64,000 nucleotides of DNA, from the IMG/VR virus record IMGVR_UViG_3300027976_003189; one strand, given 5' to 3'. A program made the translations under genes and the position numbers. This document shows positions 19,342-29,026 of the stretch, in pieces. Source of the stretch: a virus. The notes beneath the pieces are model-generated. The model searched no databases, was not told the DNA's origin, and saw only the letters and a program-made list of their open reading frames with translations. Numbering within the stretch: position 1 is the first letter of the stretch; every line of letters starts with the position of its first letter.

Positions 19342-19656
19342 TTATACAAGTTCTACTACTACCTTGTTATGAGTAACATATAATAGACAATTTACATTAT
19401 TATTAATAAATAAGTCTCCAAGTGTTGTTTCTACTTTTTTAATTTCTAAGTCAGAATCTTCAGAACTCAATCCTGTAGTATCTACCTTGACAATAAGAAG
19501 TCTATTATCAAGTGTATAAAACTGAGAATTATTTTTAGATATCACATTCTCTGTGCTATCTATTTCAGCAACAGGTTCAGATGCATCTATAAAAACAGTT
19601 TCATCCATAGGATGAACTATATTTTCAGTTACAGATTTTAGTTTTCTCTTAGCCAT
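19342..19656 (-). CDS. Hypothetical protein
   Basis: 104-aa ORF tightly packed after the epimerase gene. Confidence 0.6.
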   Translation of the reverse strand: MAKRKLKSVTENIVHPMDETVFIDASEPVAEIDSTENVISKNNSQFYTLDNRLLIVKVDTTGLSSEDSDLEIKKVETTLGDLFINNNVNCLLYVTHNKVVVELV

Positions 19657-19657
19657 T

Positions 19658-20608
19658 TTATTTTCCTTTGTAAGATAGTACAGTTTCTCTTATTCCGTCC
19701 TCGAACGAAACAGAAGGTTTCCAACCAAGTAGATTTTCTGAACGACATATATCTGCTCTTGTATTTTTAGGCTCAATTACTGCTGTCCCATATATGACTT
19801 CGATATCAGTTTCCAATACTTCTTTGATGTTTTTAATAACATCATTAACACTACGATTATTTCCAGCCCCAATATTAAATGCTTTTCCAAATACTTCCGT
19901 ATTGTCAGGCCAAGCTGCTATTATATTAGCCTCAACGACATCATGAATTGAAGTAAAATCACGAGTCTGCTCGCCATCACCAAATATAACAGGACTTTCT
20001 CCATTTATAAATTTACTTATACTTTTTGGGATTAAAGCAGCATAGCCGCCATTAGGATTTTGCCCAGGACCATATACATTAAAGTATCTTAATGCTACGG
20101 ATTCTAATCCATATATTTTATTAAACATTAATGTATACATTTCTCCTGTTAGCTTTTGCAACGCATATGGAGACATAGGGTTAGGCTTCATAGTCTCTAC
20201 CAATGGTAGAGTATCCTGGTCTCCATATACCGAAGAGCTAGATGAAAAGATAAATCTAGGAATTGAATGACTCCTTGCTGCTGTAAGTAAATTTAAAGTT
20301 CCAGTAATATTTGCGTTATTTGACGCCCAGGGGCTTGCAATAGAAAACTGAACTCTTGGTAATGCTGCTAGATGAAAAATAACATCTATACTCTCATCTA
20401 AAAACACGCTTTCCAAATCTTCTCTTTTTGAGATATCTACATCATAGAATCTTGCATCAGGATTTTTCTCTATATTTTCTATAGACCCAGTAGACAAGTT
20501 ATCTATAACTATAACATCTTCTCCAAGGTCAATTAATCTAGATACCAAATTAGAACCTATGAAGCCAGCTCCGCCTGTAACAACACATTTAGACATTTTT
20601 TCCTCCAA
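19658..20608 (-). CDS. NAD-dependent nucleotide-sugar epimerase (extended SDR, WbpP/GalE-like)
   Basis: VTGGAGFIGSNL, HLAA, SSSSVYG, YALQK (YxxxK), LRYFNVYGP. Confidence 0.93.
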   Translation of the reverse strand: MEEKMSKCVVTGGAGFIGSNLVSRLIDLGEDVIVIDNLSTGSIENIEKNPDARFYDVDISKREDLESVFLDESIDVIFHLAALPRVQFSIASPWASNNANITGTLNLLTAARSHSIPRFIFSSSSSVYGDQDTLPLVETMKPNPMSPYALQKLTGEMYTLMFNKIYGLESVALRYFNVYGPGQNPNGGYAALIPKSISKFINGESPVIFGDGEQTRDFTSIHDVVEANIIAAWPDNTEVFGKAFNIGAGNNRSVNDVIKNIKEVLETDIEVIYGTAVIEPKNTRADICRSENLLGWKPSVSFEDGIRETVLSYKGK

Positions 20609-20903
20609 ATTTAATACCAGGAGATCCTTCTACTCTTATCTCTCCATTATCAAGCATAAAAGTATTCATTCTATCCAGTGTCCCTTCTACATACTTGATA
20701 ACCATATCTTTAGATATTCTAAAAGAATGACCGTCTATTATAATAACTTTTAAGTCCTTATTGATTCTATTCAATTCTGCATCGTCACCTTTTATAAGTC
20801 TATTACGTATATCAGAACTTGGGACATAAAAGAACTCTATGTCCTCTCTCGATATCTTTTCTTTAATTGCCGATAGTTGTTGTGATGTAAAGTTTTTTAT
20901 CAT
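20589..20903 (-). CDS. Hypothetical protein
   Basis: Probable start ATG 20903 after GGAGG (track starts at 20942). Confidence 0.55.
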   Translation of the reverse strand: MIKNFTSQQLSAIKEKISREDIEFFYVPSSDIRNRLIKGDDAELNRINKDLKVIIIDGHSFRISKDMVIKYVEGTLDRMNTFMLDNGEIRVEGSPGIKFGGKNV

Positions 20904-20968
20904 ATAGCCTCCTACGTAATAATCGACGCAACAAAGGATCATCCCTTAATCATAAGGAATAATTTAGT

Positions 20969-21277
20969 ATGAATTGGTATCACACTTCAAAATTCGCATT
21001 TCCGGTTTTCCAGGACTCTCTGCGAAATCAATTATTGCATGAATACAAATGGATGTGGAGACCGTTCTATCAAAGAGGATTAAAGGAAATACCAATAGGT
21101 ATTCGTCTTATCCAAACTGATGAAGGCAAGTGGGGAGTTATAAATAATGACGGAAGTATAATTGTAGATTATGAACCATCTAACGAAGCACCGGAAGAAA
21201 GTGGAAAGCAAATAGACTTAAAAGAAAGAGTTGTTAACCAGGCTCTAAAAAGACTGTTCATGTCTCTAGCTGTATAA
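20969..21277 (+). CDS. MNWY-leader protein containing one WG-repeat-like motif
   Basis: Starts MNWYHTSK; GKWGVINNDGSIIVDYE resembles a WG repeat; SD-like AAGGA. One of only two credible plus-strand genes. Confidence 0.65.
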   Translation: MNWYHTSKFAFPVFQDSLRNQLLHEYKWMWRPFYQRGLKEIPIGIRLIQTDEGKWGVINNDGSIIVDYEPSNEAPEESGKQIDLKERVVNQALKRLFMSLAV

Positions 21278-22043
21278 CTGGGAATAGATCTAACTGATTA
21301 TCATTTAATCTTTTAGATGCTATATCATAATATTCTTTTTCTTTTTCAATTCCTATAAAAATTCTTCCTGTATTTCTTGCTGCCAAAAGAGATGATCCGC
21401 TACCTGCACAATTATCTAAAACAACTTCCCCTTCATCTGAATGAGTTTTTATCAGATACTCACACAGGTTAATTGGTTTTTCTGAGCTATGGACTCTGCT
21501 ATAATTATCAACACATTTGAACTCTAAAATATTAGTTGGAAATCTTGTTGTTTTTCCGCCTTCATAATTTCTTTTATTTTTCCCGAAATATGCCTGTCCA
21601 TTTGAGCAACCCTTAGCAGAATTAGTAGGAATATGACCATCACTTATTTGAGGATTATATTTACCTCCCATAAATATGCATATCTCTTCAATCTTTCTTA
21701 TAGGCATTCTTTTGGCATGAAAAAAGTTTGTTCCCTGGTTCTTTAACCAATACCAGCAAAACTTGAAATCTTTTTCATTTGAAGATATTAACTTTGTAGT
21801 AAATGGTTGAGAAGAAAATAGAGCTATAGTTCCATTAGGCTTTACAATTCTCTTGTATTGCTTCCATAAATTATCCATGTCTACCAACTTATCCCAATCG
21901 GGAGCAGTTATTCCATATGGCAAGTCGCATAAAACCATATCTACAGAAGAATCTGGAATATGAGGCATTATGTCAAGACAATCTCCAAAAATAATCTTAT
22001 TATGAAAATCCAAATTAATATTCTTTAAATGAGGTAGTTTCAA
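21258..22043 (-). CDS. DNA amino-methyltransferase (N6-A/N4-C, beta class)
   Basis: Motif IV DLPY comes before motif I VLDNCAGSGS; also HSSEKP and FIGIEKE. Confidence 0.92.
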   Translation of the reverse strand: MKLPHLKNINLDFHNKIIFGDCLDIMPHIPDSSVDMVLCDLPYGITAPDWDKLVDMDNLWKQYKRIVKPNGTIALFSSQPFTTKLISSNEKDFKFCWYWLKNQGTNFFHAKRMPIRKIEEICIFMGGKYNPQISDGHIPTNSAKGCSNGQAYFGKNKRNYEGGKTTRFPTNILEFKCVDNYSRVHSSEKPINLCEYLIKTHSDEGEVVLDNCAGSGSSLLAARNTGRIFIGIEKEKEYYDIASKRLNDNQLDLFPVIQLET

Positions 22044-22258
22044 CCAGCATCAAAAACAGGTTCGCTCTCGTCTGCCTCTACTGGTTCAGGAAGATCTTTA
22101 CTCCAATTAAATTTTGGTCTAAAATCTCCATCTCCATCTGAATAAATAGTAACATGCCTAGATGAGCCAATACTTCCAAGAGTTTGCATATAACTTAGCA
22201 TACCAAGAAAGTGCGGAACCCATCTATCATTCATCTCTACTTCAATTGTGAATTTCAT
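22040..22258 (-). CDS. Small hypothetical phage protein
   Basis: 72 aa ending YSDGDGDFRPKF...; ATGA overlap with the MTase gene. Confidence 0.65.
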   Translation of the reverse strand: MKFTIEVEMNDRWVPHFLGMLSYMQTLGSIGSSRHVTIYSDGDGDFRPKFNWSKDLPEPVEADESEPVFDAG

Positions 22259-22282
22259 TTTCTATCCATGAACAAGTAACTT

Positions 22283-23248
22283 TTACACATTATTTCTAAG
22301 CATTGGAAGGTCTAAAATGCCTAATGGATCTTTATAAAATCTAAATGTTTCTGTAATACCCGTATGAAGATCTACTAGTTTAGGATTCCAGCCAATACTC
22401 TTCATTTTAGAAATATCTAAAAGTTTTCTTGGAGTTCCATTTGGAAATGAAGTGTCGTATTTTATTTCCCCTTTATAACCTATTATATCAGCAACCATAA
22501 TAGCCAAATCTCTAATATGTATATCTTCACCACAACCTACATTTAATAGCGGATAATTTTCTTTTTTGTCTAACAAGAAAGAAATTGCTTTTGCTAAATC
22601 GTCAACACACATAAACTCTCTTTTAGGACTTCCATCTCCCCAAAGCACAACTTCTTTTGACTCTGAATCTTTAGCCTCATCAAATTTACGTATCATAGCA
22701 GGTAATACATGTGAAGATGCTAGATTATATGTATCATATCTTCCGTATAAATTTACTGGCATTAATGTCGCGCCAGAAAAGAAGCCTTCTGCCATCATTG
22801 CTTCCATTGTTTTAATACCAGATATCTTAGCAATAGCATACCATTGATTTGTTGGCTCCAAAGTACCAGTTAAAAAGTACTCTTCTTTAATTGGCTGAGG
22901 ACAATCCCTTGGGTAAATACAAGAAGATCCAAGAAATATAACTCTTTCGACTTTAGTTCTTCTGCAAGCTTCAAGTAAGCTAGACTGTATAAGAATATTA
23001 TCCTGTATAAATTTTACAGGGTTATCCTTATTTGCCATAATACCCCCAACTTGAGCAGCAGATATAACAACATAATCAGGCTCTATTGCTCGAAACTTTT
23101 TACAAACAGCATCAGCATCTCTTAAATCTAATTCTTTCCGCGAAAATCTAAATATATTTCTATAACCTAATTCTAGCAGGTTCCTCACAACGGCACGGCC
23201 AACCATGCCGCTGTGACCTGCTACGTAGATTTTTTTATCTTTATCCAT
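22283..23248 (-). CDS. fcl: GDP-L-fucose synthase (GDP-4-keto-6-deoxymannose epimerase/reductase)
   Basis: YVAGHSGMVG, AAQVGGI, FLGSSCIYP, LEPTNQWYAIAK, SSHVLPA, WGDGSPKREF, PNGTPRKLLD. Confidence 0.95.
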   Translation of the reverse strand: MDKDKKIYVAGHSGMVGRAVVRNLLELGYRNIFRFSRKELDLRDADAVCKKFRAIEPDYVVISAAQVGGIMANKDNPVKFIQDNILIQSSLLEACRRTKVERVIFLGSSCIYPRDCPQPIKEEYFLTGTLEPTNQWYAIAKISGIKTMEAMMAEGFFSGATLMPVNLYGRYDTYNLASSHVLPAMIRKFDEAKDSESKEVVLWGDGSPKREFMCVDDLAKAISFLLDKKENYPLLNVGCGEDIHIRDLAIMVADIIGYKGEIKYDTSFPNGTPRKLLDISKMKSIGWNPKLVDLHTGITETFRFYKDPLGILDLPMLRNNV

Positions 23249-23329
23249 TTATGTATATTTTCTTACCGTATAAACAATTGCGAAAATAAATCCAACGCAA
23301 ATAAAAGTTAAGCCAATGATCTGCTCCAT
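23249..23329 (-). CDS. 26-aa single-pass membrane microprotein (not in ORF track)
   Basis: AAGGAG SD, then MEQIIGLTFICVGFIFAIVYTVRKYT; its stop abuts the fcl ATG. Confidence 0.6.
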   Translation of the reverse strand: MEQIIGLTFICVGFIFAIVYTVRKYT

Positions 23330-23338
23330 GATATCTCC

Positions 23339-23800
23339 TTAGAAAAGATTAGTAGGTTCGTCTTCCCATTTGATCGGGTCCGATAGAATATCAGTTTTTG
23401 GTTGCTTCAAAAGATAATCAGCACCAAAGGTTCTAATCATAGGTGAATAATCTTTTAGATCCATAGGATTGACCTTGCCTTCATCATCAAGTCCGTTTGG
23501 CAAAGCATGAATCATATCTAATACTAACATGCCCTTTTGCCATTGAAGCATTGAATCCCAATCAGAAAGATATACTATTACATAATACGAATATGGGCAA
23601 TCTAATTTAATAGGCATAGGGACAGACTTTAGATCCCACATCTTCTTTTGCTTTTCGCTGCGATCCTTATTAGTTATTGCATAAGCTCTAACTACATCAA
23701 CGTCAACTCCGCTAAAATGAGTAGAGTTAATGGAAACAATTGTTTTCATTATCTCAGTGATTTCCGGAAGTGTCTGATATTCAGCTGGTGTTTGTGCCAT
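23339..23800 (-). CDS. Putative phage metallopeptidase-like protein with degenerate metal motif
   Basis: IVYLSDWDSMLQWQKGMLVLDMIHAL...PMDLKDYSPMIRTFG resembles that family, but HExxH appears as DMIH. Confidence 0.45.
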   Translation of the reverse strand: MAQTPAEYQTLPEITEIMKTIVSINSTHFSGVDVDVVRAYAITNKDRSEKQKKMWDLKSVPMPIKLDCPYSYYVIVYLSDWDSMLQWQKGMLVLDMIHALPNGLDDEGKVNPMDLKDYSPMIRTFGADYLLKQPKTDILSDPIKWEDEPTNLF

Positions 23801-23824
23801 TTTTTTATCTCTTTGTAAAAAGGT

Positions 23825-24010
23825 TTATATAGAAAATCTAGTTATTTTTAGAAATTCTGTTACGAAAAACTTTATAGATATACATATTATATCAAAAAGG
23901 AAACATGTTAAAAGCAAAAGCAAACCTGTTGAAAAAATCAACGTAATAAAGTTAAGACTACTTTTATCATTCCCTTTTTGGTAAACATTATCCTGGTTCT
24001 CTGAATCCAC
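23825..24010 (-). CDS. Small membrane protein
   Basis: 61 aa with a long hydrophobic stretch; start abuts the upstream stop. Confidence 0.5.
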   Translation of the reverse strand: MDSENQDNVYQKGNDKSSLNFITLIFSTGLLLLLTCFLFDIICISIKFFVTEFLKITRFSI

Positions 24011-24214
24011 TTAATCCCCCTCTGCTATTGAGCCTATGCCAGATTCTACAACTGAAGATGTTTTGGGATCAATTAAAAATTCCCAAAATGTGTCAACTTC
24101 GTAATCTGCCATAGTTATTTTAATACCATCATCATTCACAATAATATCGACTCTCGCATTATCATCTTTATTCCAATAGACACCTGACTTTAATCCTCTC
24201 ACTTCTCTTAGCAT
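24011..24214 (-). CDS. Hypothetical protein
   Basis: 67-aa ORF immediately after topA. Confidence 0.55.
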   Translation of the reverse strand: MLREVRGLKSGVYWNKDDNARVDIIVNDDGIKITMADYEVDTFWEFLIDPKTSSVVESGIGSIAEGD

Positions 24215-24217
24215 GAT

Positions 24218-26227
24218 TTAATTCTCCTCGTTATTCTTAGTGCTTTTCTTTTTTCCCCATTTTTTAGATTTAGAAAAAACTATCTCTGTTCCATCTAGAT
24301 TGTAGATTCCCTTGCATCCCTTAAAAAATCCAGGGCACCCGAGAAACTCTCCTTTTCTACCTTGTCTTATAACAAGTTTCTTTCCACATTTAGGACAATC
24401 TATATCTGATAATTTTATTTCTTTTTGTTCCTTAATAATAGGCTTGCCATCCTTGCCTAAGTTTATTTTATATAAGCAGCCTTCTTTATATCTTGGACAT
24501 GCGCAGAACTCTCCAAACTTAGAAAACTTCTTAACAAGAAAAGACTCTATATTTTGTTTTTTACATTCAGGACATTCTATATCTGTTACGCTTGCTTCCT
24601 GCTTATGATCTTTAGCTTTATCAATATCTTTTTTCAATCTATCCCAGAATGCTGTTAAGACTTGAAGCTTATTTATTTTCTTTTCAGATATCTCATCTAA
24701 TTGGTCTTCCATCTTAGCTGTAAAATCTAAATCAATAAAACAAAAGCCTACATCTTGAAGAAATTTATCGACTTTCAATCCTAAATCTGTTACGTTAATA
24801 GATTTTTCTCTAGTAATATAGCCTCTATCTTCTAATGTCTTCGGGATAGAAGCATACGTAGCTGGGCGACCTATACCAACAGTCTCTAATTTTTTATTAA
24901 AAGAAGCACCTGAATATCTTGATGGTGGCTGTGTTTCCTTCTTTTCTGTCTTAATAGAAATGATATCTACCTTATCTCCAACCTTCATATCAGGTAGCTC
25001 TTCCTCTTTTAAGATTGAATAGTCCCAGCATTTTCTCCAACCATCAAATAAAGTTTTATAGCCAGTAGCACCTAAGATATTCGTATCGCATGAGAATTCA
25101 GCAGATATGCTTAAACGCTCTAATGGTTTCATCTGACTTGCTACTGTTCTCTTCCAAATCATTTGATATAACTTCGTATCGTCTCCTGTAGAAACGAATT
25201 TTGTCTCTATATGAGTTGGCCTAATTGCCTCATGAGCCTCTTGTGCAGACTTCTTATTAAGATAAACATTTGCCTTAGCTGGCAAGTATGTTTTCCCGTA
25301 ATCAGCATCTACTACGTTTCTTATATCTTTTATGACATCTGCGATAATAAATTTTGAATCAGTTCTATGATAGGTTATATGACCCTGATTATGTAGAGAT
25401 TGTGCTACTCTCATAGTTCTATCTTCTTTCCAACCAAAGATAGACGAGGCAGATTGTATTAAATCTGATGTAATAAAAGGAGCGTAGGCATTCTGTGAAA
25501 TTTCTTTCTTTTCGAATTTTGATACTTTTACTGGTCCTTTTTTAAGGATACCACATATCTTCGATGCTTGCTCTTCTGTTTTAATATCTAATGATTTTGG
25601 AGTCTTAATATCTGCAATAATCTTTTCCTTATCTTCTGTTAGAACTTCTGCTTGAATAGGCCAGTATACTTCAGATATAAAGCTTCTGATTTCCCTTTCC
25701 CGCTCCGCAAGTATTCGCAAGGCAGCACTTTGAACCCGACCAGCCGAAGGGCCGCCGGTTGCCATCTTGGTTATATACGAAGTTTTATAGCCGCACAAGC
25801 GATCCATAATACGTCTGGCCTCATACGCATAAACCGTATCCATATCTATATCACCAGCATTTGCCAATGCCTTTAATACAGCATCTTTTGTTATTGAATT
25901 TGTTATTGCTCGTTTATATTTCGTTCCAGCAGGCAACTGATTGGATATATGCCAAGATATAGCTTCCCCTTCTCGGTCCATGTCCGTCATAAGATAAACT
26001 ATCTCTGCTTTTTTAGCTTTATCAATTATTGTTTTTACGACTTGCTTCTTATCAGGGTTTACTTCATAAGTTGGTTTGAAATCCTTCTTAATATCAACTG
26101 ATAATCCCTTAGCAGGCAAATCTGCTATATGACCAACAGAAGCTGTTACGTCATAATCTTTCCCTAAAAAAGTAGAAACTTTTCTGGCTTTTTCAGGGGA
26201 TTCAAGTATAACTAAATATTTAGACAT
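24218..26227 (-). CDS. topA: DNA topoisomerase IA with two C-terminal zinc ribbons
   Basis: Toprim LVILESPEKA and TDMDREGE, SAGRVQS, catalytic ITYHRTDS, AQEAHEAIRPT, GIGRPATY; CPEC/CPRY and CPKC/CPGF ribbons. Confidence 0.97.
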   Translation of the reverse strand: MSKYLVILESPEKARKVSTFLGKDYDVTASVGHIADLPAKGLSVDIKKDFKPTYEVNPDKKQVVKTIIDKAKKAEIVYLMTDMDREGEAISWHISNQLPAGTKYKRAITNSITKDAVLKALANAGDIDMDTVYAYEARRIMDRLCGYKTSYITKMATGGPSAGRVQSAALRILAEREREIRSFISEVYWPIQAEVLTEDKEKIIADIKTPKSLDIKTEEQASKICGILKKGPVKVSKFEKKEISQNAYAPFITSDLIQSASSIFGWKEDRTMRVAQSLHNQGHITYHRTDSKFIIADVIKDIRNVVDADYGKTYLPAKANVYLNKKSAQEAHEAIRPTHIETKFVSTGDDTKLYQMIWKRTVASQMKPLERLSISAEFSCDTNILGATGYKTLFDGWRKCWDYSILKEEELPDMKVGDKVDIISIKTEKKETQPPSRYSGASFNKKLETVGIGRPATYASIPKTLEDRGYITREKSINVTDLGLKVDKFLQDVGFCFIDLDFTAKMEDQLDEISEKKINKLQVLTAFWDRLKKDIDKAKDHKQEASVTDIECPECKKQNIESFLVKKFSKFGEFCACPRYKEGCLYKINLGKDGKPIIKEQKEIKLSDIDCPKCGKKLVIRQGRKGEFLGCPGFFKGCKGIYNLDGTEIVFSKSKKWGKKKSTKNNEEN

Positions 26228-26969
26228 TCTCTTTCTCCGTAAGATTTTTCATACCAATTTCAAAACTGCTAGAATTAATTTCAAACCCCATAGGAATTCT
26301 ATTTAATTTATTAGCTACAATAGCAGTTGTAAAATTTCCAAGGAAAAAATCACATACTGTATCAGTCTTATCGGAAGAATACAGAATCATCTTCTTAACA
26401 AGTTCTTCTGGAAGCTTATTCTTGTTTTTAACTTTGCCAGGATGATATTCCTTATTAATAGTCCAGACATCCTCCATATCTCTATACAGTATAGACCTAT
26501 TATTTTTATCTCTATCACCAGAATTATACCTGCATTCTGTATTGAATTTAGGTTTTGATTTGATATCTTTTTTCAAATACAAGATGTGATAATGAGAAGT
26601 AACATACTTATTTTTAGTATAAACGCCGAAATTATATTTCCATATAATATGATTGATTATACTAAATTTAGTATCATCAATAGCATTAAGCATTTCTCTA
26701 AGCTTAGAATGTCCAGAAACGATATAAGCTGATCCATTCTCTTTTAAAATTCTTCTTCCCTCAGATAGCCAATCGTAGCACCATTTGTAATAATCTGACG
26801 GAGCCTCCACATAGCCATCTAAAACATTATCTTCTTTACGATTATAATGCTTATCAAAAGTAGTTTCATGTATTCCAAATGGAGGATCACAAATTAATAG
26901 ATCCACTTCATTATTGGAGAAATGAGACTTACTTCCTTTTACACAATCTTCATTGAAAATTCTAAACAT
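26220..26969 (-). CDS. DNA amino-methyltransferase (N4-C/N6-A, beta class)
   Basis: Motif IV ICDPPF comes before motif I VCDFFLGNFTT; also GFEIN. Confidence 0.88.
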   Translation of the reverse strand: MFRIFNEDCVKGSKSHFSNNEVDLLICDPPFGIHETTFDKHYNRKEDNVLDGYVEAPSDYYKWCYDWLSEGRRILKENGSAYIVSGHSKLREMLNAIDDTKFSIINHIIWKYNFGVYTKNKYVTSHYHILYLKKDIKSKPKFNTECRYNSGDRDKNNRSILYRDMEDVWTINKEYHPGKVKNKNKLPEELVKKMILYSSDKTDTVCDFFLGNFTTAIVANKLNRIPMGFEINSSSFEIGMKNLTEKENV

Positions 26970-26985
26970 GTTTATATTATAAAAT

Positions 26986-27013
26986 AAAACGCAAGCACTT
27001 CTGCCTGCGTTTT
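26986..27013 (-). terminator. Intrinsic terminator after the DUF3892-like gene
   Basis: Minus strand AAAACGCAGGCA-GAAG-TGCTTGCGTTTT followed by ATTTT. Confidence 0.75.
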
Positions 27014-27044
27014 ACAAAGCCATTATGCTTTAGATCTCTTAAGA

Positions 27045-27263
27045 TCACCCAACAACTACTCTTTCAGGAAGATTATATAGGGCTGGCAGTCCAGGAGCAG
27101 CGGCGATATAATAGCTATCGCTACCGCCCTTTCTGACTACTACACCTTCAATCTTGCCTGACTGAGCAAGTTGAACAGCTTCCTTGCGGGAACGATTTTT
27201 TCCCCCAATTTTGAATCCAGTTGTGTGGCCTTTTACATTTGTCAATCTAGTTTGAATTCTCAT
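27045..27263 (-). CDS. DUF3892-like small protein
   Basis: GHTTGFKIGG...SRKEAVQLAQSGKIEGV...YIAAAP...LYNLP pattern; SD AAGGAG. Confidence 0.6.
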   Translation of the reverse strand: MRIQTRLTNVKGHTTGFKIGGKNRSRKEAVQLAQSGKIEGVVVRKGGSDSYYIAAAPGLPALYNLPERVVVG

Positions 27264-27321
27264 AGAATTCTCCTTATTTTAATATGACCTTATCCGTAGA
27301 GTGTTTGCGAAATGCAAATTT

Positions 27322-27663
27322 TTAATCTCTCAGTCCAGTCAACCCTGCGCTAATACCTGCAACATAACACCATGCTGTTCTTTGAGTATCCCATGAAATT
27401 GTTTCACTCCAAAGTGCTTCATCCTTCTTAGCATCTTTAGTTGAAAAAAAACCGTTGGAAAGTAATCTTTGATATGGTTGATTAATTGCCTCTACCGACA
27501 TACCTAAATTTCTTGCTAAATCATCAACAGATGGCTTAACACCATTTAGATATGATAAAACGCAAGCAACCCCGATAGCCCCTTTTTCATCTACCGGATC
27601 CAAGTCAACCTTTTTCAAATCAATTGAACACAGAGACTTAATTGTTTTTTCAAACTTTTTCAT
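27322..27663 (-). CDS. Hypothetical protein (possibly winged-helix-like)
   Basis: 113 aa; SVDDLARNLGMSVEAINQPYQRLLSNG looks HTH-like; SD AGGAG. Confidence 0.55.
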   Translation of the reverse strand: MKKFEKTIKSLCSIDLKKVDLDPVDEKGAIGVACVLSYLNGVKPSVDDLARNLGMSVEAINQPYQRLLSNGFFSTKDAKKDEALWSETISWDTQRTAWCYVAGISAGLTGLRD

Positions 27664-27699
27664 CCCATTCTCCTATATAATAATATATATCACAATCGA

Positions 27700-28584
27700 C
27701 TAGCACATTACTAGTCTTCCCTTAATGATATCGGCATACAATTCGTAAACCATTAATACATCCGGCTTATCTCGCAAAACAGATTTTTCAATTGCATTTT
27801 CTGCTTTAGATAAGGTATCTTTATAGATAGATTCTACTTCTTTCTTTTCCACTTCGCCTTTTTTGATAGACAGAAGCATTTCCGCATTATTTCTAGGAAA
27901 AGTCATACTGCCTGTTAGCATTAGCTCTTCAATTTGTCCAAGCAAACGAATAGCATGGCATGCAGACGAACTTCCGTAACCGCACTTATCAAATTGAGAA
28001 AGTTTTTTTAACCCAATACCACTTTTAGACGGAACCATTTCTTTTTTGTGATTAGAGAAAAGAATATCTACCACATGATCCATTGAATCCTTATCTAAAT
28101 CGAAAGAATTTCTTATATCTTCAACGACTTCATCTTCTGTTTTAGTTCTTTTAGGTATAGACAGCTTAACCCCCATAGCCTTTCTCCATTCGGAGTTGCT
28201 AAACCCTAATATTCTTCTAGATATATTCTTAGATATAATTGAATCTCTAAGTGTAAGGATTTGTCTGCCAACTTTAGTTATATGTATTATACAATCTTCT
28301 GGTGTAAAAAATAATTCAGAAGTTTGAGGATCACCTGAGATTACTAATTCTAAAAATCTTTTTAGAGCAAAAACCTTATGATCGCCATCGAATTCGATAC
28401 AATCTGTAGCAATACCCTTTATAGGAATCCCAACTAAGGAACTAAATGGAGGAATAAAAAAACCTCTGATATCAGTATCAGATTCTGGAGTAGAAGATCC
28501 ATAAAGCTTAGAACCAGAAATAGCTAAGAATTCCGGGCTATCCTTGGCCGATTTAATAACGGATTCATAATCAGAGATCATCAC
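27700..28584 (-). CDS. Predicted nucleotidyltransferase (Nuc-transf/RlaP-like family)
   Basis: AISGSKLYGSSTPESDTDIRG (GS...DxD), plus HAIRLL and LLSIKKGE helical domain. Confidence 0.85.
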   Translation of the reverse strand: MMISDYESVIKSAKDSPEFLAISGSKLYGSSTPESDTDIRGFFIPPFSSLVGIPIKGIATDCIEFDGDHKVFALKRFLELVISGDPQTSELFFTPEDCIIHITKVGRQILTLRDSIISKNISRRILGFSNSEWRKAMGVKLSIPKRTKTEDEVVEDIRNSFDLDKDSMDHVVDILFSNHKKEMVPSKSGIGLKKLSQFDKCGYGSSSACHAIRLLGQIEELMLTGSMTFPRNNAEMLLSIKKGEVEKKEVESIYKDTLSKAENAIEKSVLRDKPDVLMVYELYADIIKGRLVMC

Positions 28585-28622
28585 TGTATAACCTTTTTTA
28601 CCTAAAATTCCGGAGACATGAA

Positions 28623-28991
28623 TTACCCAAATAGCTGATCGTCTTCTAATATTTCATCTTCAAAGAATTCCAATGCCAAATCATCATCTTCACTTTCTAC
28701 CCATGTAGGAAAAATAACAAATAATGTTTTAGTTTTTGTTTTATTTTCTTTTGATTTGAATTCCAATCCTGCATCATTAAGAATATTCTTAACAACAAGA
28801 TATAATTCGGCAAGCACTGAGAATGTTGCTTCTTTCTTACTAACTTGAACCTTATTCACAATGCGATAAACATCTTCTATATCAATTATAACAGATTCTT
28901 TTACTTTGGATTTTTTCACTTTCAAATTAGTTTTCTTTTTATTATCCATAATATTTAAAATTTCTCTGTATATAGGTGATATAGTTTCCAT
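28623..28991 (-). CDS. Hypothetical protein with acidic tail
   Basis: 122 aa; no SD, but TATAAT-N6-ATG. Confidence 0.6.
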   Translation of the reverse strand: METISPIYREILNIMDNKKKTNLKVKKSKVKESVIIDIEDVYRIVNKVQVSKKEATFSVLAELYLVVKNILNDAGLEFKSKENKTKTKTLFVIFPTWVESEDDDLALEFFEDEILEDDQLFG

Positions 28992-29026
28992 TTACTTATT
29001 ATAGTATACAAATATACACTAAAATA

